From: an uncultured bacterium
GTDB taxonomy: Bacteria; Schekmanbacteria; GWA2-38-11; J061
Assembly (NCBI GenBank): GCA_964549305.1
Contig: CAZJVM010000001.1
Coordinates: 1 to 64,000 of the forward strand
Direction: 5' to 3'
DNA length: 64,000 nucleotides
Numbering within the stretch: position 1 is the first letter of the stretch; every line of letters begins with the position of its first letter. Made by a program: the position numbers and the translations under genes. The notes beneath the pieces are model-generated. The model was not told where the DNA came from, did no database searches, and saw only the letters and a program-made list of their open reading frames with translations. Shown here piece by piece: positions 62,132 through 64,000 of this stretch.

Positions 62132-62557
62132 AATAAAATAGATTATGAAATAAAAATAAAAACCGGTTTCTGAAACTGTAAAAGCATATATCAAAAAGAA
62201 TGAAGTTTATGGCAACAGAGTATAATGACTGAAAGTGCAAGTTGTCAATAATCATAAAAATAAAAACCGGGCAAACAATTTGTAGCTTATAAAAGCATCA
62301 GAGGGTGTCAGGAAGAAAGCATATTCTATATCAATCATTTGTTGCTCACAGCGACGATAAATGGTTTGTAAATACAGCAGGTTAGCTATCATTGCTATGT
62401 CCTTTAAATGATTGTTTGCTATGCTATCTAATTGATTTATCAATAAATAAATTGTTTTTTCGCGGTAAAAAAAATATTTTATTGGATATGAGATTAAAGG
62501 TTTTTAAGGAAAGTGGCGACAATATATGGTATAAATGCTGCTAATGGGGGAGGTGGC

Positions 62558-63004
62558 ATGAAAAAAATATCGCTTAAAAAATCTGAAGACGCGTTTACAC
62601 TTGTAGAAATTCTTGTTGCCATAGTAATCCTTTCTGTAGGACTTCTCTCAATAGCAAGTTTGGTTACAACTGTTATCAGGGGTAACGCAAAGAGCAGGCG
62701 AATGACTACGGCAATAACTCTTGCGCAAACGAAAATAGAAGAGTTGAAAAATCTGGATTATGACGATAGCAAACTCGAAGATTCAAATACGGGCAACAAT
62801 TCAAGCCTTACAAGCACATCATCCACTGACCACAGCGAAGCGGATATAGACGCGGAAGGGGGAACAGGGGGAATTTATACGAGAATATGGAATGTTGCCG
62901 ATGACACTCCTTCAACGAATATGAAAACTATTACGGTTATCATAAAGTGGGAAGAAAAGGGCAAGGAAAGAAAGACTGCGTTTACAACTATAATATCGGA
63001 ATGA
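62558..63004 (+). CDS. Type IV minor pilin, PilV-like
   Basis: GGAGG SD; prepilin site EDA|FTLVEILVAIVILSVGLL; AITLAQTKIEEL. Confidence 0.85.
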   Translation: MKKISLKKSEDAFTLVEILVAIVILSVGLLSIASLVTTVIRGNAKSRRMTTAITLAQTKIEELKNLDYDDSKLEDSNTGNNSSLTSTSSTDHSEADIDAEGGTGGIYTRIWNVADDTPSTNMKTITVIIKWEEKGKERKTAFTTIISE

Positions 63005-63013
63005 GGATGAAAA

Positions 63014-63919
63014 GTGCGCGTGAAAAATAACAGGAATGGATTTACGCTTATAGAGTTGATGGTGTCGATACTTCTCGCATCTATACTTATGGTTACATTT
63101 TATACTCTTCTTACCAGTCAGCAGAGAACATACAACAGTCAGGATTTGATTGTTGAAATGCAGCAAAATGTGAGGACGGCAATGGATACTTTGACGAGGG
63201 AATTCAGGTCAATCGGATACGGAGTGCCTACTGCCGACACCCCTTCGGAAATTGCCGTTATAAGCAGCGCGACGGAAAACACCATAACCTTTCTCGTTGA
63301 CCTTGATAATGTGAAGGCGACACTTACTGCCGACTACACGGCAGGAAATACTACTCTTTCCGTTGACACGGTGTCGGAGACATCTTCCGACAGTTATTAT
63401 GGCAATTTTTCCGCAGGTGATACAATATATATAACTGACGGAAGCAAGTGGGAAGCCACTGACGTGTCATCTACTTCCCAGGGGAGTTTGGGTATCGGGG
63501 CTTTAACCAATGATTTTTCCCAGGGGTCGGTGCTTCACGTAATCAACACAATTACGTATGCCCAGAATCCATCCGACCACAAACATTCGACTGATGCGCC
63601 AACCATTAAATTGACGCGGTCTGTTGACGGAAGCACGGCACAACCGGTAGTCGATGACATTGATTATCTTGAATTCAAATACTATGATGATTCGGACAGT
63701 CAGGTCGGTTCAGCGACTCCATACAAGAGTGTAAGTTTATCTTCCGGTGATGTAGGCGACGTAAGGAAAATAAAAGTTCTTTTTATCGCGCGAACATCGA
63801 GAGAAGATCCAAGCTACTCGAGTTCCGGGGTCTATAACTGCGGCGACAAATACAGCGACCAATATCACAGATTAACACTGGAATCGGAAATAAAATTAAG
63901 AAATGCAGGATTGGAATGA
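63014..63919 (+). CDS. Type IV minor pilin, PilW-like
   Basis: RNG|FTLIELMVS; MQQNVRTAMDTLTREFRSIGY; C-terminal IKLRN. Confidence 0.85.
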   Translation: MRVKNNRNGFTLIELMVSILLASILMVTFYTLLTSQQRTYNSQDLIVEMQQNVRTAMDTLTREFRSIGYGVPTADTPSEIAVISSATENTITFLVDLDNVKATLTADYTAGNTTLSVDTVSETSSDSYYGNFSAGDTIYITDGSKWEATDVSSTSQGSLGIGALTNDFSQGSVLHVINTITYAQNPSDHKHSTDAPTIKLTRSVDGSTAQPVVDDIDYLEFKYYDDSDSQVGSATPYKSVSLSSGDVGDVRKIKVLFIARTSREDPSYSSSGVYNCGDKYSDQYHRLTLESEIKLRNAGLE

Positions 63920-63920
63920 T

Positions 63921-64000
63921 ATGAAAAATAACAAAATGTTAAGCAATGAGTCGGGATTTGTCCTTGCACTTGCAATGTTTCTTCTTGCTATTCTCACTGT
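63921..64000 (+). CDS. Type IV minor pilin PilX-like, 3'-truncated by the window edge
   Basis: MKNNKMLSNESG|FVLALAMFLLAILT: prepilin-like leader without Glu5, typical of PilX/GspK; follows the pilVW-like genes. Confidence 0.7.
   Translation, partial: MKNNKMLSNESGFVLALAMFLLAILT

Noticed and set aside
62527-62542. sigma54-like element TGGTATAAATGCTGCT before the pilV-like gene
   Set aside because: GG-N10-GC spacing is right, but the implied start (about 62553) falls inside the Shine-Dalgarno, 5 nt from the ATG, and the -12 is CTGC. Not supported well enough to list.
1-64000. CRISPR arrays, IS elements, rRNA, programmed frameshifts or pseudogenes
   Set aside because: I saw no regularly spaced repeats, transposase motifs, terminal inverted repeats or broken reading frames on reading. 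Short dispersed repeats could be missed without a self-alignment.

Overview
This is a gene-dense, moderately AT-rich chromosomal segment of a Gram-negative bacterium. Gene content and synteny look deltaproteobacteria-like, but the taxon cannot be fixed from sequence alone. Most of it is core housekeeping: mraY, scpB-rluB, guaB3-guaA, slt, pheA-M50 protease-trpS-mfd, gshAB, uvrD-HD-ppx, fbp, lptG, xerD, truA, tRNA-Val, thrS-infC-rpmI-rplT-pheST, zapB-zapA-ygfA-rny, truB-rpsO-pnp, purBSCQLF, and the start of a pilVWX cluster. I saw no prophage, IS element or CRISPR array. Six things stand out. (1) A stand-alone flagellar-type regulatory cassette at 16.7-23.5 kb: cytoplasmic hybrid PAS kinase, FleQ-like sigma54 activator, tandem enhancer boxes plus a -24/-12 promoter, flhG, fliA, a ChpT/Spo0B-like pseudokinase and an N-terminally truncated flgM, with no flhA/flhF or structural flagellar genes nearby. 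(2) A ~300-nt multibranched structured RNA in the zapA-ygfA slot normally held by 6S RNA. (3) An LpxL acyltransferase fused to a CxxC glutaredoxin-like domain. (4) A degenerate PTS-EIIA-like domain fused to PilZ. (5) An mraY outside the dcw cluster, coupled to a HEAT-repeat gene. (6) An orphan MglA-like GTPase with a coiled-coil tail. All calls rest on motif recognition by eye; no searches were run.
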